From Callorhinchus milii (lineage: Eukaryota), in NCBI RefSeq assembly GCF_018977255.1, contig NW_024704742.1:14696001-14760000 (forward strand): a DNA stretch of 64,000 nucleotides, read 5' to 3'. Below the pieces are notes generated by a model. The model worked only from the letters and a program-made list of their open reading frames with translations, was not told the DNA's origin and ran no database searches. The translations under genes and the position numbers were made by a program. This document shows positions 61,286-64,000 of the stretch, piece after piece; position 1 is the stretch's first letter, and every line of letters starts with the position of its first letter.

Positions 61286-62180
61286 GGGTTGAAGTAGATC
61301 ACGGTCATGTCACGATGTGATATTGGGCAGAACTAGTCAAGGTAAGATGAAGGATAAGTGGAATGGAAAGGAGAAAAAGCAGGGAAGTAGCATTAAAAGA
61401 TTTGTTGTAATTGAATAGACCGGCAGAGAAGGCTCGATAGGTTAAATAGCCTCATCCTGTTCCCACATTTCAATGTTCCTAAGGCACAATTTGAACATGG
61501 CCTTTTGGCTTAGAGACAATTATTATAGATTTCCGTAGACAGAGGACATCCCAACATCTGCTTCACAGCATTTCTTCCTTTCCAAGTTTCCTGCGTTCTA
61601 AAGGAAGTCAGGAATCAATGCAGATGAAGGAAGGATATTCCATGTTACCATTTCTATAATATTACCAACATATCAGCAGACATTTGAAATAGTTACTGGG
61701 GATCCTGGAAAAAATATGCAATTTCTCAGGAATTCATAGCAGCAAATTTATTGAGCCTTCTGTGTTGAAGGCAAGAGTGCTGCTAACTGAGCCAGGCCGA
61801 CATCCTCATATATTTCTCTGGATTCATATTTTGTGGCTACACTGTGATCATATACATCATTTACAATTTGAACATGTTAACCACAATCGCCAATTTATTT
61901 TAACAATATGGACAACTTTATTTCCAGTTAAAAATAAACAAGTACTTCAAGATCTTTTGAGCTGAAAGGCCTTTATGTTATACAGAATTTCCAAATATAT
62001 TCAAGTTAGATTCAAATTTTATTTTGAAAGAAAACAAGACAGCAGAGCTAATAGGATAAACTTTATTCGAAAGTGTTGTAATGAGACAAACTTCAAGTTT
62101 ATTCTTTCTTGAAGATTCTCTTTGCATCAACTCCTTCGTAGCTGTATGACTGCAAGAAATGTAATATGTATTATTGTAGT

Positions 62181-62325
62181 GATAATAATAATAATCCTTG
62201 CATTTGATATAGGAGGACCTTATCACATCATTGAGATGTCTCAAAGCACTTCACAGAATATACTGTAAAGTGAATTGACTGTATATATTTTGTTGGCGAA
62301 ATGCAGCAGCCGATTGCACGTAGTA
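62181..62325 (-). mobile_element. Deu-SINE 3' half
   Basis: Tail and core match; similar tail-only copies at ~6190-6297, 22333-22443 and 23116-23222 (+). Confidence 0.78.
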
Positions 62326-64000
62326 GTTTATAAAGGTAATAGTTAGATAATAGATGTCCTTGTGATGCGCTCCGAGATGTTATCCTACCTGAAGGAAGCT
62401 ATAAAAATACAGGTTGTTGTATTGTTCCTTTATGCCTCTGAGGTTTTAGCAATAGATGCTTGATTGGAAATTATGTTAAATTTTATCTTTAGGCTTTAAG
62501 ATAGCCAGAAAACCTCAATTTGAAGTTTTGGCATTGTGACCTGATGGTTCTGTACATCAGGTCATGTGACCAATATTACACCTGAAACATCACTCAAACA
62601 TCATGATATAGAATAAAAGAATCATAGAATCTTACAGCACAGAGGAGGCTGTTCAGCCCATCGTGCATGTTGCTGACTGTTTGAAAGAGCCATCCCACTA
62701 GTCCTACTTCTCCACAGAATCGTTTTGGGGATTGTTAATTGGGATCATGTAGAATCATATATTTGCTAATTTACACTATTTTAATATTGGGTGAAAAATT
62801 ATGGTGTTTGGAAGCATAATGCAATCTTGAATTATCCACAATGATTACTTGAATTTTGACCATGTAAGCTCTTAAGTATTTGAATATGGTAAAATGCTAT
62901 TTAAAATAAAATATTTCAAACCTCATTCATCCTTATAGACCTTAATTTTTTTTAACAACTCTTCAAGTATGCATGTGCAAAATTGTGATGTGTATAACCT
63001 CAATAACTGATCAAACGCTCAGAAATTGTAAGGATTATTATTACAGTTATAGAACAACTATTAATATTAAGAACCAGATTTACCTGAACCATTTCACCCC
63101 CAACAATATCTCTCACTGTTGTGAGTACTTTGCCATTGTCTTTCCTGCTGAATTTTCCCACAAGTTTGTCTCCATCGGTTTCCCACGAGCCCTAAAATGA
63201 AAAAAAATTCCTTTTAGTCCCAACATACACAATATATTTGTTTCCAGAAAATATTATATGAATTGCTCAATAAAATCATGATTATGTGAACTCTAAGCTA
63301 GACATAAAGATAAATGATAATGCTATGAGAAAATAGATATTAAGAAGAAAGTTATTTCTAATTTCTGAACTTTGCATGGTTTTCTACTGTCAAACATACA
63401 CGTTGACTGCCGCAACATGTTGGAGAGTTAGCATTTTGGCGGAGAAATTTACCCTGAATATAGATTTACTTTATATTCTTAGGCCAGGATATGGCAAATT
63501 CTAAATTTTTAAGCAATTTTTCTCCAAGTTTTTTGAGGAATTATAGAATCCGGCTTCAAAGTCAAGATGCAATTAAAAAATTTATCAAATTTTGCAAATT
63601 CTAAATTGCTACATAACAGGAGTAAATCTAGGGCCAGGTGGAATTTCTCTCCACTTATGAAATGAGATGTGAGATGAGAGAAATCTCATCAGGGTGACAT
63701 TGGGTGGAGATAAGATGCTTTCTTCGAGGAGGGGAAGTAGCTCAAACCTACATGGTTTCCTCCCCTATTTATGTGGTTCAGAGGCTTGGAAGTGGCAAGA
63801 TAGAACCTTAGGTGGGAGAAAATATGATGCGCTAGGTTGTTGGAGGATGTAAATAAAGACACACTACGTGTGTGTTGGCTATAGGTAAATCTGGCTACAG
63901 AGAAGGTGTATCCATTGTTTGAATGGTTACCAATTATTGATCTTTATTGGCCTATCTTGCCATACAGTATGGGGCAGAACAGGAGTGAATGGTCCACAAT

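Noticed and set aside
56600..64000. FABP2 exons expected from human synteny
   Set aside because: No FABP-like coding sequence recognised; probably outside the window

Overview
Vertebrate genomic DNA; the repeat content (tRNA-headed Deu-domain SINEs, L2 and CR1 LINE fragments) suggests a cartilaginous fish, which is an inference. Two protein-coding genes lie tail-to-tail, as at the human 4q26 locus. (1) USP53 on + has a CpG-island promoter at ~3.1-4.0 kb, ATG at 3847, 15 phase-consistent coding exons to 40859, two small 3' exons (41950-42036 and 43156 onward) and a 3' UTR to ~46.0 kb. (2) A C4orf3/allregulin-like SERCA-regulin micropeptide lies on - (55211-55423). The rest is transposable-element derived: a near-intact single-ORF L2 LINE in USP53 intron 14, many truncated L2 and CR1 pieces, two Deu-SINE families, a mariner transposase fossil, a Tigger-like MITE and minisatellites. 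The most notable observations are an in-frame TAG-CTAG stop in a frame-preserving USP53 3' exon (possible readthrough or alternative C-termini) and an L2/SINE 3' stem-loop with compensatory changes and apparent loop swapping. No prokaryotic-type system (CRISPR etc.) is present. All exon calls are manual predictions without transcript data.
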